Source: Blastocatellia bacterium (GTDB taxonomy: Bacteria > Acidobacteriota > Blastocatellia > UBA7656). Taken from it: 64,000 nucleotides of DNA. The DNA is taken from contig CAVXWP010000003.1 of the NCBI GenBank assembly GCA_963765495.1, positions 128,001-192,000 of the forward strand, written 5' to 3'. Below, in pieces: positions 48,783 to 59,510 of this stretch (positions within the stretch are counted from its first letter, which is position 1; the number at the start of each line of letters is the position of its first letter). The position numbers were made by a program, and so were the translations under genes. The notes beneath the pieces are model-generated. The model saw only the letters and a list, made by a program, of their open reading frames with translations. It was not told the origin of the DNA and searched no databases.

Positions 48783-50354
48783 GTGGGAGAACTGAGACTG
48801 GAAAACAGCATAGTCGACGACCGCTACCTGGCGGAGCGCTGCCTGGGCCGGGGCAGCTATGCCGAGATATTTCTGGCCTACGACCGCGAGCGCAATAACG
48901 GGACCGTCATAATCAAGGCGCTCAACACCTCGCTTCAGGGAACGCCCGATTACGAGCTTGAGCGCACGCTTGTTGAAAACTTTCAAAACGAAGCGATAGC
49001 GCTCGACAAGGTGCGCCATTCGCACATCATACGCCGGCTGGGTCACGGAACGGCGGCCGATCTTGAAGGGGTGATGTTTCATTACCTGCTGCTCGAATAC
49101 ATGGCGGGCGGCGATCTGCTCGAGCTATGCCGCAAGCGCAGGTTTGGTATCCCGGATACGCTCTTTTATTTCAAGCAGGTGGCCGAGGCGCTCGCCTACG
49201 CGCACAGCCAGAATGTCATACACCGCGACATCAAACCCAACAACCTTTTGTTGAACGCCGATCACACGATAATCAAGGTAGCCGATTTCGGCGTTGCAAA
49301 GATGGCGCTTGACGACAATACCGAAATCACTCGCGTGGGAACGAACGTTTACGCTCCGCCGGAGCATCATCCAGACAGTCCTTCCACGCAGCTCTATGAA
49401 AGGCTGACGCCGTCGGCCGACATCTATTCGCTTGCAAAGACGATCTACACTTCGATGACGGGCCGCGCCCCGCGCCAGTTCTCGCGTCATCCCATCACGG
49501 AGCTTCCCCCCGAGATTATGGCCGAGCCGTGGGGCGATCATTTGCTTCTGATATTGAACAAAGCCACCGCCTCGCGAGCCTCGGATCGCTATCAGTCAAT
49601 CCAGGAATTCTGGGATAATTTCGCCCGGCTCGAAAGATACACAATCGAAGAAGAGGCAACCGACCCGGAAGCCACCATAGTGCGTTCTCGCTTGAAAGGC
49701 ACGAGCCAGGTCGAGCGGGCGGCTGCCGTGCCGCATTTTCAAACGCTTGCGACCGCGCCTTATGAAAGCGGTGGGGTTCAAAAAGCGCGCATAGTCGTAG
49801 AGTTGCCTGAACGCGAGCATCAGGTCTCGCCTGCCGACCCTCAAATTTCACCCCATGTCGCCGCGCCTAACGGTCATCCCGCTTACGCGCAAAATGAAGT
49901 TGCACCTCGGGGCGAGTTGAGCCCGAAAGGGGCTGCCGTTCTTCCGACAAAGCGCGTGAGCGGCAATGAAGAGAGCGAGCGAAGCGTCTTTGATGACCTT
50001 CGCGCCATAATCGGTTCTGACTGGCTGCGCCGCATCTTTATAATCTTTTTAATAGCGGCGCTGGTCGGGCTTGTGGCCTCCACCTATTACTATTTTGCCG
50101 ACCGCAATCGCCGCCCCTCAACCATCAACGCGCCTCAATACAGAGACGGGGTGATCGCAAATGCGCTGAACGTCAATCTGCGCAAAGACCCCGGCGGACT
50201 GGTGCTTGTTCCGTTGCCTGCCGGCACTCGCGTTCGCGTATATGAGAATCAAAACGGATGGCTGAGAATCAAGATATTGGAGTGGGCGGGCGGAGCGCCC
50301 ACGGACAATTACGACAGCGGATGGATAGACGGGCGCTATGTTGATTATGATTGA
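48783..50354 (+). CDS. membrane Ser/Thr kinase with C-terminal SH3b-like domain
   Basis: GRGSYAEI, HRDIKPNN, DFG, YAPPE; TM; VNLRKDP...GWLRI...GWIDGRYV. Confidence 0.9.
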   Translation: MGELRLENSIVDDRYLAERCLGRGSYAEIFLAYDRERNNGTVIIKALNTSLQGTPDYELERTLVENFQNEAIALDKVRHSHIIRRLGHGTAADLEGVMFHYLLLEYMAGGDLLELCRKRRFGIPDTLFYFKQVAEALAYAHSQNVIHRDIKPNNLLLNADHTIIKVADFGVAKMALDDNTEITRVGTNVYAPPEHHPDSPSTQLYERLTPSADIYSLAKTIYTSMTGRAPRQFSRHPITELPPEIMAEPWGDHLLLILNKATASRASDRYQSIQEFWDNFARLERYTIEEEATDPEATIVRSRLKGTSQVERAAAVPHFQTLATAPYESGGVQKARIVVELPEREHQVSPADPQISPHVAAPNGHPAYAQNEVAPRGELSPKGAAVLPTKRVSGNEESERSVFDDLRAIIGSDWLRRIFIIFLIAALVGLVASTYYYFADRNRRPSTINAPQYRDGVIANALNVNLRKDPGGLVLVPLPAGTRVRVYENQNGWLRIKILEWAGGAPTDNYDSGWIDGRYVDYD

Positions 50355-50401
50355 TTCGATAGTCGGGAGAGAAAAACTATACTGAAAATTAGGAGAGAAA
50401 G

Positions 50402-51250
50402 ATGGGCTTTCAAGACTGGTTCGAGAGTCTCAGGAAGTGGATAGACGGCGAAGAAGATTTGGACGAAGAGGGTCAACCACGGCCCCGCTCCAAATGGGAC
50501 GATTTTCTTGTGTCAATCGCGCGCGAAGTGGAACAGACCATGCAACGCGAGATGTTCACGCCGCCCGGCGGCCCCACCTATGTGCCGCGCGAGTACATAG
50601 TCTTTCTCAGTTCCGACGACGATGCCGAGTGGCAGGGAGAAAAACGCGAGGGGCTCGAACGCGGGCTCTATCACGTGTTGTCGGAACGGGCGAAGGAGCT
50701 TGCGGGCGAAAACGATTTCCAGACCAAGACGCTCACGGTAGAGTTGCGCGTGGACCCCGGCCTCGAATCAAGCCATTTCCGCGTGCAGCACATCTGGGAC
50801 ACCGAAGCGCAGAAGACTATGGTACGCCCGCGCAAGCGGGCCGAGGCCAATTCGGAAGGGCTGGCTACGATAGCCGAAGAGCGAGAAGACGAAGCGACAA
50901 TCGTTCGCCCGCGCAAGCCCGCCGAGGCATCATTTTCAGTGGCGATGCGGCGTAATGCGCCGGGAGCCGATACCGCGCCTCCCGATGTTCGCCCCTTTTA
51001 CAAGGATGAAATCTCTATCGGTCGAGGCTCGCGCCAGGTTACGGTTGACCTCCGCCTGGAAGGCGATCTGGAAGTGAGTCGCAAACACGCTACGCTGGCC
51101 AAAGGCGATGACGGAACTTTCACGCTCACCTGCCACGGAGCAAATCCGATTATGATCGGAGACGACCGCGAGGTACCCGCAGGCGAAAGCGCCCCGGTCG
51201 GCAAGGGTGAAAAGATCACCATATGCAGCTATGAACTCACGATTCAATAA
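50402..51250 (+). CDS. FhaA-like (DUF3662-like + FHA) protein
   Basis: YVPREYIVFLS N-domain; ISIGRGS...EVSRKHA FHA motifs. Confidence 0.82.
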   Translation: MGFQDWFESLRKWIDGEEDLDEEGQPRPRSKWDDFLVSIAREVEQTMQREMFTPPGGPTYVPREYIVFLSSDDDAEWQGEKREGLERGLYHVLSERAKELAGENDFQTKTLTVELRVDPGLESSHFRVQHIWDTEAQKTMVRPRKRAEANSEGLATIAEEREDEATIVRPRKPAEASFSVAMRRNAPGADTAPPDVRPFYKDEISIGRGSRQVTVDLRLEGDLEVSRKHATLAKGDDGTFTLTCHGANPIMIGDDREVPAGESAPVGKGEKITICSYELTIQ

Positions 51251-51252
51251 AC

Positions 51253-51726
51253 GTGAAAGCGGATGGAGCACGAATGGAAAAAACCGAAGAGACGACCGCG
51301 AGATTCGGCGGCAGCCTGCCACAAAAGATAGCCCTCGGAGCGGCTCTGTTAATAGTCGTTTTCCTGATCGGGTATGTTCCGTCGTGTGTGAGCGCCCGCA
51401 GCGCCCAACAGCAAAGGGCGCAGCTTGAAAGCAGGTTGCGCCTGAGCGATTTGCGCGGGCGGCTCGGGATGGCAAGCTACGAGGCAAACAGAAACAACTA
51501 CGCCAACGCCATGCAGTTTTCAACGGAGTTTTACACGGGTTTGCGAGATTTGATTGAGGATACCGAAGATCAGACGGCGAAAAAGAAGATGCAGGATATG
51601 ATGACGCGCCGTGATGAGATCACAACAAATCTGGCGCAGGCCGATCCGGCAGTTAAGGAAAAGTTGTCCGCCATGTACGCCGAGTTTTATCAACTCAGCG
51701 CGGAAAAAGCCGACAAGCAGCAGTAA
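51253..51726 (+). CDS. hypothetical single-TM helical protein
   Basis: TM segment then coiled/helical region; follows the FHA gene directly; start may be ATG 51274. Confidence 0.7.
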   Translation: MKADGARMEKTEETTARFGGSLPQKIALGAALLIVVFLIGYVPSCVSARSAQQQRAQLESRLRLSDLRGRLGMASYEANRNNYANAMQFSTEFYTGLRDLIEDTEDQTAKKKMQDMMTRRDEITTNLAQADPAVKEKLSAMYAEFYQLSAEKADKQQ

Positions 51727-51782
51727 AAAGTAAGATCAGGATCAGGCTTCAACCCGCATTTCAGCGCCACAGAGACTGAGCA

Positions 51783-51868
51783 CTTTCCCACACCCTTTGG
51801 GGAACTTTCCGCAAAATCAAAAGAGAAAAAGCCGGTCTATTGATTGTCGGCTGCGGCATCGGTATTGC
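51783..51868 (+). promoter_or_regulatory. sigma54 promoter with candidate upstream activator site
   Basis: CGGCATCGGTATTGC (GG-N10-GC) at 51854-51868; TTCCCCA...TGGGGAACTTTCCGCA dyad upstream. Confidence 0.55.
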
Positions 51869-52000
51869 TCTGTCACTCTTTTATGAAGAGGCGTGAGAAT
51901 TTTTTACCGATGTCAGGCGAAGGTTGCGCCCCTCCGGGGTCGAGGATTTGCCTGACTTGAGTCGCTTATTACCAGAGTTTCTAAACAGAGAGATTTTCTT

Positions 52001-55000
52001 ATGACACACGAGCAAATTACGATAGACGGCAACGAAGCCGCCGCAATTGTGGCTTACAAGACAAATGAGGTAATCGCCATCTACCCTATCACCCCTTCTT
52101 CACCGATGGGTGAGTTGTCGGATGCGTGGGCCACGCTCAAAGAGAGAAACCTCTGGGGCATGTCGCCTGTTGTGCGCGAAATGCAATCGGAAGGCGGAGC
52201 CGCCGGAGTCGCGCACGGTACGCTCCAGACGGGCGCGCTTACGACCACCTTTACCGCGAGCCAGGGGTTGCTCCTGATGATCCCAAACATGTTCAAGATA
52301 GCGGGCGAGCTTACGAGCACGGTATTTCACATCGCGGCTCGCACGGTCGCCACGCACGCGCTGTCAATTTTCGGCGATCATAGCGATGTGATGGCCACGC
52401 GCTCTGCGGGCTGGGCGATGTTGTTTGCCGGCTCTGTTCAGGAGGTGATGGATTTTGCGCTGATAGCGCAGGCTTCCACATTGCGTGCGAGAGTCCCTTT
52501 CCTTCACATCTTTGACGGTTTCCGCACCTCGCACGAAGTGATGAAGATCGAAAAACTCAGCGACCAGATGATCGCCGCGATGATCGATTCTGAACTGGTC
52601 AGAGAGCATCGCGGTCGCGCCCTTTCGCCGGATCATCCCGTGATTCGGGGGACCGCTCAGAACCCGGATGTATTCTTTCAATCCCGCGAGCGAGCCAATA
52701 TTTATTATCAGCAGACCCCCGACATCGTAGAGGCCGCGATGGATAAATTCGCCTCTCTTACGGGCCGCCGCTATAGCCTGTTTGATTATATCGGCGCTGC
52801 GGATGCCGAGCGCGTGATAGTGATGATGGGATCGGGCGCAGAGACGGCGGAGGAGACGGTCAGGTATCTGGCGGAGCGGGGCGAGCCAGTAGGCTTGCTC
52901 AAGGTAAGACTTTACCGCCCGTTTTCAAACAAGCATCTGCTGGCCGCTTTGCCGAAGACCGCGCGCGCCATAGCCGTGCTCGACAGAACCAAAGAGCCGG
53001 GAAGCGCAGGCGAGCCGCTTTATCAGGATGTCGTCACAGCCATTGCCGAAAGCTTCGCAGATGGCGGCAATTCATTCGAGCGGGTGCCTCGCGTGATCGG
53101 AGGCCGCTACGGGCTTGCCTCAAAAGAATTCACCCCGGCGATGGTCAAGGCCGTATTTGACGAACTCGCTTCAGACAATCCGAAGAATCATTTCACCGTA
53201 GGCATCAACGACGATGTAACCTTCACAAGCATCGACTACGACGCAGACTTTGACACCGAGCGCGACGATGAAGTGCGGGCCGTATTCTGGGGACTTGGTT
53301 CGGACGGCACGGTGGGCGCAAACAAAAACTCCGTGAAGATCATCGGCGAAGAGACCTCAAATTACGCGCAGGGGTATTTCGTTTACGACTCAAAGAAAGC
53401 GGGCGCGGTAACGGTCTCGCATCTGAGGTTTGGCCCGCGCCCGATCCGAAGCAGTTATCTCATCCGGCGGGCAAACTTTGTCGCCGTCCATCAATTCAAT
53501 TTCCTCAACCGATACGACGTATTGGAGACGGCCGAGGAGGGCGCGATCTTTTTGCTGAATGCGCCTTACACTAAAGATGAAGTGTGGAATTATCTGCCCC
53601 GCTCGACGCAGGAACAGATCATCGGAAAGAAGCTGAAATTTTATACGATCAACGCAAATGAAGTCGCCAGGGCGGCGGGTCTTGGCGGGCGCATCAACAC
53701 CATCATGCAGACCTGCTTTTTCGCCATAAGCGGCGTCCTGCCGCGTGAAGAGGCCGTGACAAAGATCAAAGAATCGATCAAGAAGACTTATAGCAAACGA
53801 GGCGAAACGGTTCTCAAGCAGAATTACAGGGGGGTGGACGCGGCGCTCTCGCACCTTGAAGAAGTGATCGTGCCCGACAGCGTTACATCGGATTTCGACA
53901 GGGCGGCGACAGTCCCGCTCGATGCGCCCGAATTCGTTCGCAATATAACGGCTGCGCTTATGTCGGGCAAAGGCGACGCTTTGCCCGTCAGCGCCTTTCC
54001 CGCCGACGGAACCTATCCGACAGGCACCGCCGCGTGGGAGAAACGATCCATCGCGCAAGAGGTTCCCGTCTGGGAGACCGACCTTTGCATCCAATGCGGG
54101 AAGTGCGTGATGGTCTGCCCGCACTCGACCATCCGCGCCAAGGTCTTTGATGGCGACGGGGCAGAGAATGCGCCGGACGGATTCAAGTACATGCCCGCAA
54201 AATGGCGCGAGCTTACCGGCAAGCAGTACACGATTCAGGTAGCGGTAGAGGATTGCACCGGCTGCCGATTATGCGTAGAGATTTGCCCGGCGAAGGATAA
54301 GAGCAACGTCTCGCGCAAGGCTCTCAACATGCATCCGCAAGCGCCACTCGTCGAGCGCGAGCGCGACAACTGGCGGTACTTCCTCGATCTTGCCGAACCC
54401 GCTCAGAAACAGGCTCTGCATTTCAACACGGTAAAGAACGTGCAGTTGCTGGAGCCGCTGTTTGAATTTTCAGGAGCCTGCGCCGGTTGCGGCGAGACGC
54501 CTTACATAAGACTTGTGACGCAACTGTTTGGCGACCGCGCCATAATTGCAAACGCCACGGGTTGCTCAAGCATTTATGGCGGCAATCTTCCCACCACTCC
54601 CTACACGGTCAACGGTGAGGGGCGAGGCCCGGCCTGGAGCAATTCGCTATTTGAAGACAACGCCGAATTCGGCCTCGGGATGCGGATGGCTGTCGATCAA
54701 CGAACTGCCTATGCGAGGCAGTTGATCGAGCGGTTGCACCCGGAAATAGGGGACGCGCTTGCCGAGAGTCTGCTCTCTACGGATCAATCAACCGAAGCGG
54801 GGATAAACGCGCTTCGCCAGTGTGTAAACGCGCTCAAAGCGAAACTGCGCGGCAACACTGACCCGCAGGCGCGAGACTTACTGAGCGTAGCCGACTCGCT
54901 TGTCAAAAAGAGCGTATGGATAGTGGGCGGTGACGGCTGGGCCTACGATATAGGTTACGGCGGGCTCGATCACGTGCTTGCAAGCGGGCTGAATGTAAAC

Positions 55001-55561
55001 GTGCTCGTGCTCGACACAGAGGTCTATTCAAACACCGGAGGGCAGGCGTCGAAGGCCACTCCGCTCGGGGCTGTGGCAAAGTTTGCCGCGGGCGGCAAGC
55101 TCACGCCAAAAAAAGACCTGGGATTGATGGCTATTCGGTACGGCAATGTCTATATCGCGCAGGTGGCGATGGGGGCAAACGATCAGCAGACTCTCAAAGC
55201 CATCCTCGAAGCCGAATCGCACGACGGACCTTCGCTCATCATCGCCTATAGCCATTGCATAGCTCACGGAATCGACATGTCGAAAGGGATGACTCAACAG
55301 AAGCTTGCGGTAGAAAGCGGTTACTGGCCGCTATATCGCTTTGACCCGCGGCTTGCTTCGACCGACAGGAGCGCGTTTCAACTCGATTCGAAAGCACCGA
55401 CCATCCCGCTCAAAAACTATATCTACAACGAAGGGCGCTATCGCATACTTTTGCAAAGCGACCCGGCCTCGGCAAGCGTTCTGCTGGCTCTCGCCGAGCA
55501 AGCGGTGCAAGAGCGATGGAAGCATTACACGCGACTCGCGGAGATTTATAAGGGCGAGTAA
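52001..55561 (+). CDS. nifJ: pyruvate:ferredoxin (flavodoxin) oxidoreductase
   Basis: DGNEA, YPITPSS, MQSEGGAAG, GLGSDGTVGANKN, CIQCGKCVMVCP, CTGCRLCVEICP, FSGACAGCGE, GGDGWAYDIG. Confidence 0.97.
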   Translation: MTHEQITIDGNEAAAIVAYKTNEVIAIYPITPSSPMGELSDAWATLKERNLWGMSPVVREMQSEGGAAGVAHGTLQTGALTTTFTASQGLLLMIPNMFKIAGELTSTVFHIAARTVATHALSIFGDHSDVMATRSAGWAMLFAGSVQEVMDFALIAQASTLRARVPFLHIFDGFRTSHEVMKIEKLSDQMIAAMIDSELVREHRGRALSPDHPVIRGTAQNPDVFFQSRERANIYYQQTPDIVEAAMDKFASLTGRRYSLFDYIGAADAERVIVMMGSGAETAEETVRYLAERGEPVGLLKVRLYRPFSNKHLLAALPKTARAIAVLDRTKEPGSAGEPLYQDVVTAIAESFADGGNSFERVPRVIGGRYGLASKEFTPAMVKAVFDELASDNPKNHFTVGINDDVTFTSIDYDADFDTERDDEVRAVFWGLGSDGTVGANKNSVKIIGEETSNYAQGYFVYDSKKAGAVTVSHLRFGPRPIRSSYLIRRANFVAVHQFNFLNRYDVLETAEEGAIFLLNAPYTKDEVWNYLPRSTQEQIIGKKLKFYTINANEVARAAGLGGRINTIMQTCFFAISGVLPREEAVTKIKESIKKTYSKRGETVLKQNYRGVDAALSHLEEVIVPDSVTSDFDRAATVPLDAPEFVRNITAALMSGKGDALPVSAFPADGTYPTGTAAWEKRSIAQEVPVWETDLCIQCGKCVMVCPHSTIRAKVFDGDGAENAPDGFKYMPAKWRELTGKQYTIQVAVEDCTGCRLCVEICPAKDKSNVSRKALNMHPQAPLVERERDNWRYFLDLAEPAQKQALHFNTVKNVQLLEPLFEFSGACAGCGETPYIRLVTQLFGDRAIIANATGCSSIYGGNLPTTPYTVNGEGRGPAWSNSLFEDNAEFGLGMRMAVDQRTAYARQLIERLHPEIGDALAESLLSTDQSTEAGINALRQCVNALKAKLRGNTDPQARDLLSVADSLVKKSVWIVGGDGWAYDIGYGGLDHVLASGLNVNVLVLDTEVYSNTGGQASKATPLGAVAKFAAGGKLTPKKDLGLMAIRYGNVYIAQVAMGANDQQTLKAILEAESHDGPSLIIAYSHCIAHGIDMSKGMTQQKLAVESGYWPLYRFDPRLASTDRSAFQLDSKAPTIPLKNYIYNEGRYRILLQSDPASASVLLALAEQAVQERWKHYTRLAEIYKGE

Positions 55562-55577
55562 CGCGAGGAGGTAAAAC

Positions 55578-56576
55578 ATGGACCTGAAGACCACCTACAT
55601 GGGATTGACATTAAAGAACCCGATTGTGCCTTCCGCCTCACCGCTTTCGCACACGACCGACAGCATCCGTCGGCTGGAAGACGCGGGAGCCGCTGCCGTA
55701 GTGATGTACTCGCTTTTTGAAGAACAGATCGCCGCCGAAAGCTCAAGCCTTGATTACTACCTGAGCCACGGCACGGACAGCTACGGCGAATCGTTAAGTT
55801 ATTTCCCCGAAATGCCCACCTATAATGTCGGGCCGGATGAATACCTGAACCTGATTCGCCGGGCGAAACGCGCCGTAGAGATTCCCATAATCGGAAGCCT
55901 CAACGGCATATCGACCGGCGGCTGGACCAGCTACGCTTCTCTGATCGAACAGGCGGGCGCAGATGCGCTTGAACTGAATGTCTATTACATCCCCACAAAT
56001 ATTTATGAGACAAGCGACGAGGTCGAGCAAATCTATCTGGATATACTCGGCGAAGTAAAGAGAGCCGTAAGCATTCCCGTAGCGATGAAACTCAGCCCGT
56101 ATTTCAGTTCCACGGCGGAAATGGCGCGGCGGCTCGAAGAGGCCGGAGCCGATGCGCTCGTCTTGTTTAATCGTTTCTATCAGCCCGACCTCGACATAGA
56201 GAATCTGGAAGTGATCCCGCGACTGACTCCGAGCAGTTCCGAAGAACTGCGGCTGCCGCTCAGATGGGTGGCGATACTCTATGGCCGGATTTCAACCGAT
56301 TTCGCCATCACCACCGGAGTGCATACGCATCAGGATGTGATCAAGGCGCTGATGGCCGGGGCGAGAGTGGCTATGATGGCCAGTGAGCTTTTGCACAACG
56401 GCATCCGCCGCATCTGGGAGATACTCGTAGAGCTTGAAAGATGGATGGTCGAGCACGAATATATTTCCATAGGGCAGATGATCGGCAGCATGAGCCAGAA
56501 ACACGTATTGGACCCGGCGGCATTTGAGAGAGCAAATTATATGAAGACGCTCGCGTCATATCGCTCATTGGTATGA
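55578..56576 (+). CDS. dihydroorotate dehydrogenase-like protein (PFOR-associated)
   Basis: [52 protein letters not shown]. Confidence 0.9.
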   Translation: MDLKTTYMGLTLKNPIVPSASPLSHTTDSIRRLEDAGAAAVVMYSLFEEQIAAESSSLDYYLSHGTDSYGESLSYFPEMPTYNVGPDEYLNLIRRAKRAVEIPIIGSLNGISTGGWTSYASLIEQAGADALELNVYYIPTNIYETSDEVEQIYLDILGEVKRAVSIPVAMKLSPYFSSTAEMARRLEEAGADALVLFNRFYQPDLDIENLEVIPRLTPSSSEELRLPLRWVAILYGRISTDFAITTGVHTHQDVIKALMAGARVAMMASELLHNGIRRIWEILVELERWMVEHEYISIGQMIGSMSQKHVLDPAAFERANYMKTLASYRSLV

Positions 56577-56682
56577 TTCGTGATTTGTGATGCGTGATTC
56601 GTGATTCGTGATTCGTGACCGGAGAGTTGTGATGATCGTGTAAACAGCTATCTGCCTAAATATCACGCATCACGCATCACGC
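56573..56682. repeat. heptamer tandem repeats in inverted arrangement
   Basis: About seven (GTGATTC)-type units, a spacer, then three (ATCACGC) units. Confidence 0.75.
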
Positions 56683-56759
56683 ATTAGCAATTACCATGCG
56701 CATTCGTTGAATCGTTTGCACCGATCTTCGGTGGTATAATTGGAAGAAAGCAGAAAGCT

Positions 56760-59504
56760 ATGAGCGTTGATTCCAGCCAGACAGAAATCCAGAAAAGCTA
56801 TAAACCATGTGATGTCGTTTTGCGCGATGGTTTGACCGTACACATTCGCCCGATTCAACCCGATGACGAATCGGGGCTGCTGGAGCTGTTCCGCTCGATG
56901 TCTCCTGAATCACGGTGGCTCAGGTTCTTTGCCCCTGTTAAAGAGAGTTCCCTTTCAGCCGAAGCGCACCGCGAAGCCAATATTGATTACGGCAACTCTT
57001 TCGGACTTGTGGCGACCACCGGGTTGCAGGGTCGCATCATAGGCCACGCCTTTTATTCGAGAATAGACGAGAAACGCCCGGAAGACGCCCGGCGCGCCGA
57101 AGTGGCTTTTTCTATCGCGAATGAATATCAGGGGCGCGGGCTTGGAACGATCCTTCTGGGGCAGCTGGCAAAGGTCGCCGCCGAAAATAATATAGGCGTA
57201 TTCGAAGCCGAGGTGATGTCGGCAAATCACAAGATGCTGGGAGTCTTCAGACAGTCGGGCTTCCATGTAGAGGTTAAAGTGGAGGCCGGGCAACTGAGCG
57301 TCAGTTTCCCCACCGAGTTTACGCGAGAGGCGATTGAAAGATTCGAGCACCGCGAACAGATCGCCGCCTCAGCCGCGTTGAAGCTCTTTCTCAGCCCGCG
57401 CTCTGTGGCCGTGATCGGCGCTTCGCGTAATCGAGATTCGATAGGCGGCACGATCTTTAATAACCTGTTGAGCTACGGCTTTGAAGGACTGGTCTACCCG
57501 GTCAACCCGTCGGCGGATGTGATTCAATGCATACGCGCCTATCCTTCGGTTGAAGATATTCCGGGCGATGTCGATCTTGCGGTCATAGTCGTGCCTGCCG
57601 CGCATGTGATCAAAACGGCGGAGCAGTGCGCGCTAAAAAAGGTCGGCGCGATTGTCGTCATCTCGGCTGATTTTGCCGAGACCGGAGAGGAAGGACGCGC
57701 TCGCCAGACCGAATTGTTGAAGGTTTGTCGAGCCTCGGGGATGCGGCTGATAGGACCCAACTGCATGGGCATAATGAATACCTCTTCAGCCGTGAGGCTC
57801 GACGCCACCTTTGCCAGAAGCGTGCCTCCGGCTGGGCGCGTAGGTTTTTCATCCCAGAGCGGGGCGCTTGGTCTTGCCATCATCGAGTATGCGGGAAAGC
57901 TGGGGCTGGGCATCTCTTCATTCGTCTCCGTGGGCAACAAGGCGGACATTTCAGGCAACGACCTCCTGTGTTACTGGGAAGATGACGCGGAAACGGATGT
58001 GATACTGCTTTATCTAGAATCGTTCGGAAGACCGAGAAAGTTCTCGCGGATAGCGCGAAGAGTCGGGCGCAAAAAACCTATAGTCGCTGTCAAAAGCGGG
58101 CGCTCGACGGCGGGCGCTCGCGCTACGTCGTCGCACACGGGCGCGCTTCTTGCCGCCTCAGACGTGACGGTTGACGCGCTGTTTCGGCAATCGGGCGTCA
58201 TCCGCACCGACGCTCTCGAAGAGCTCTTCGACGTGGCCGCGCTGCTTTCAAACCAGCCGCTTCCGGCAGGCAATCGTGTCGGGATACTTACAAACGGCGG
58301 CGGCCCCGCCATACTCTGCGCCGATGCCTGCGAAGCAGGTGACCTCGAAGTTCCGATGCTCGCCGATTCCACACGGGCGCGGCTGCGCGATTTCCTCCCC
58401 TCGGCGGCAGGCGTGTCGAATCCCGTTGACATGATCGCTTCGGCCACGGCTGACGATTACAAACGGGCGATTCGCGTTATGGCCGATGATCCAAACATCG
58501 ATTCTCTGATAGTGATCTTCATCCCGCCGCTTGGAACAAAGGCGGAAGACGCGAGCCGCGCTATCCTCGACGCGGTCCGCGAGATCGAAGGAAGCAAACC
58601 CGTTCTTGCGGTCTTTATGTCTGCCCATGGGCTGCCCGAAGAGTTGAAGGCGGCAGATATTTGCGTTCCTTCATACACTTTCCCGGAAAGCGCGGCAAGG
58701 GCGCTCTCTCAAGTTTCACGTTACGCCTCGTGGCGCAAGCGCCCTGAGACCACCCCGCCTCAATTCGACAACATTCGCAGGGATGAAGCCGCCGCTATAG
58801 TTGCAACCGCGCTCCTCAGAGAAGACGGGTGGCTTACGCCGGAAGAGACCTCCTCGCTGCTTTCCTGTTACGGAGTGCCGCTTGTCGAGCAGAGATTTGT
58901 TCAGAACGCGGAAGAAGCGCGCCTTGCCGCCGATGATATAAAAAGCAGAGTGGTATTGAAGGCCGTAGCGCCGGACCTCTTACATAAATCCGAGATGGGC
59001 GCTGTGCGACTCAACCTTCAGGGAGGCGAGCAGACGCGCGCGGCCGCTTTAGAGATGGCCGAAAGATTGAAATCATATGGACAGACGCCTACCGGCTACA
59101 TCGTTCAGCAACAGGTCGAAGGGGGTGTCGAGATGATAGTCGGCGTCGTTCACGATTCGCAGTTTGGCCCCGTGGTGGCAGTGGGCGCGGGCGGCGTGCA
59201 GGTCGAACTGATGCGAGACCTGTCGGTGCGACTCACACCCATCACAAGAGAAGACGCTTCTCAGATGATCAGAGAGTTGAAGACCTTTCCGCTTCTGACC
59301 GGGTTTCGCGGCAGCGCAGAGTGCGATTTGCAGGCGCTCGAAGACGGGGTTCTTCGCATAAGCGCGATGGTTGAAGATCTGCCGGAAATCGCAGAACTCG
59401 ACTGTAATCCTTTTATCGTACACCGAAACGGCGCGGTAGTCCTCGATGCCCGAATTAGAGTCTCGTCCGCAGGGCCGCCCGAGCTATTGGGCGCGCGCAG
59501 GTAA
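56760..59504 (+). CDS. GNAT + ADP-forming acyl-CoA synthetase-like fusion (Pat/Pka-type protein acetyltransferase)
   Basis: N-terminal GNAT YQGRGLGT; AVIGAS, YPVNP, GPNCMG, SQSGA, SHTG, HKSEMG, ELDCNP. Confidence 0.88.
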   Translation: MSVDSSQTEIQKSYKPCDVVLRDGLTVHIRPIQPDDESGLLELFRSMSPESRWLRFFAPVKESSLSAEAHREANIDYGNSFGLVATTGLQGRIIGHAFYSRIDEKRPEDARRAEVAFSIANEYQGRGLGTILLGQLAKVAAENNIGVFEAEVMSANHKMLGVFRQSGFHVEVKVEAGQLSVSFPTEFTREAIERFEHREQIAASAALKLFLSPRSVAVIGASRNRDSIGGTIFNNLLSYGFEGLVYPVNPSADVIQCIRAYPSVEDIPGDVDLAVIVVPAAHVIKTAEQCALKKVGAIVVISADFAETGEEGRARQTELLKVCRASGMRLIGPNCMGIMNTSSAVRLDATFARSVPPAGRVGFSSQSGALGLAIIEYAGKLGLGISSFVSVGNKADISGNDLLCYWEDDAETDVILLYLESFGRPRKFSRIARRVGRKKPIVAVKSGRSTAGARATSSHTGALLAASDVTVDALFRQSGVIRTDALEELFDVAALLSNQPLPAGNRVGILTNGGGPAILCADACEAGDLEVPMLADSTRARLRDFLPSAAGVSNPVDMIASATADDYKRAIRVMADDPNIDSLIVIFIPPLGTKAEDASRAILDAVREIEGSKPVLAVFMSAHGLPEELKAADICVPSYTFPESAARALSQVSRYASWRKRPETTPPQFDNIRRDEAAAIVATALLREDGWLTPEETSSLLSCYGVPLVEQRFVQNAEEARLAADDIKSRVVLKAVAPDLLHKSEMGAVRLNLQGGEQTRAAALEMAERLKSYGQTPTGYIVQQQVEGGVEMIVGVVHDSQFGPVVAVGAGGVQVELMRDLSVRLTPITREDASQMIRELKTFPLLTGFRGSAECDLQALEDGVLRISAMVEDLPEIAELDCNPFIVHRNGAVVLDARIRVSSAGPPELLGARR

Positions 59505-59510
59505 ATTTAA

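Noticed and set aside
52081-59423. Long antisense and alternate-frame ORFs over PFOR, the Pat-like gene and other GC-rich genes
   Set aside because: Shadow ORFs of GC-rich coding sequence with no recognisable motifs.
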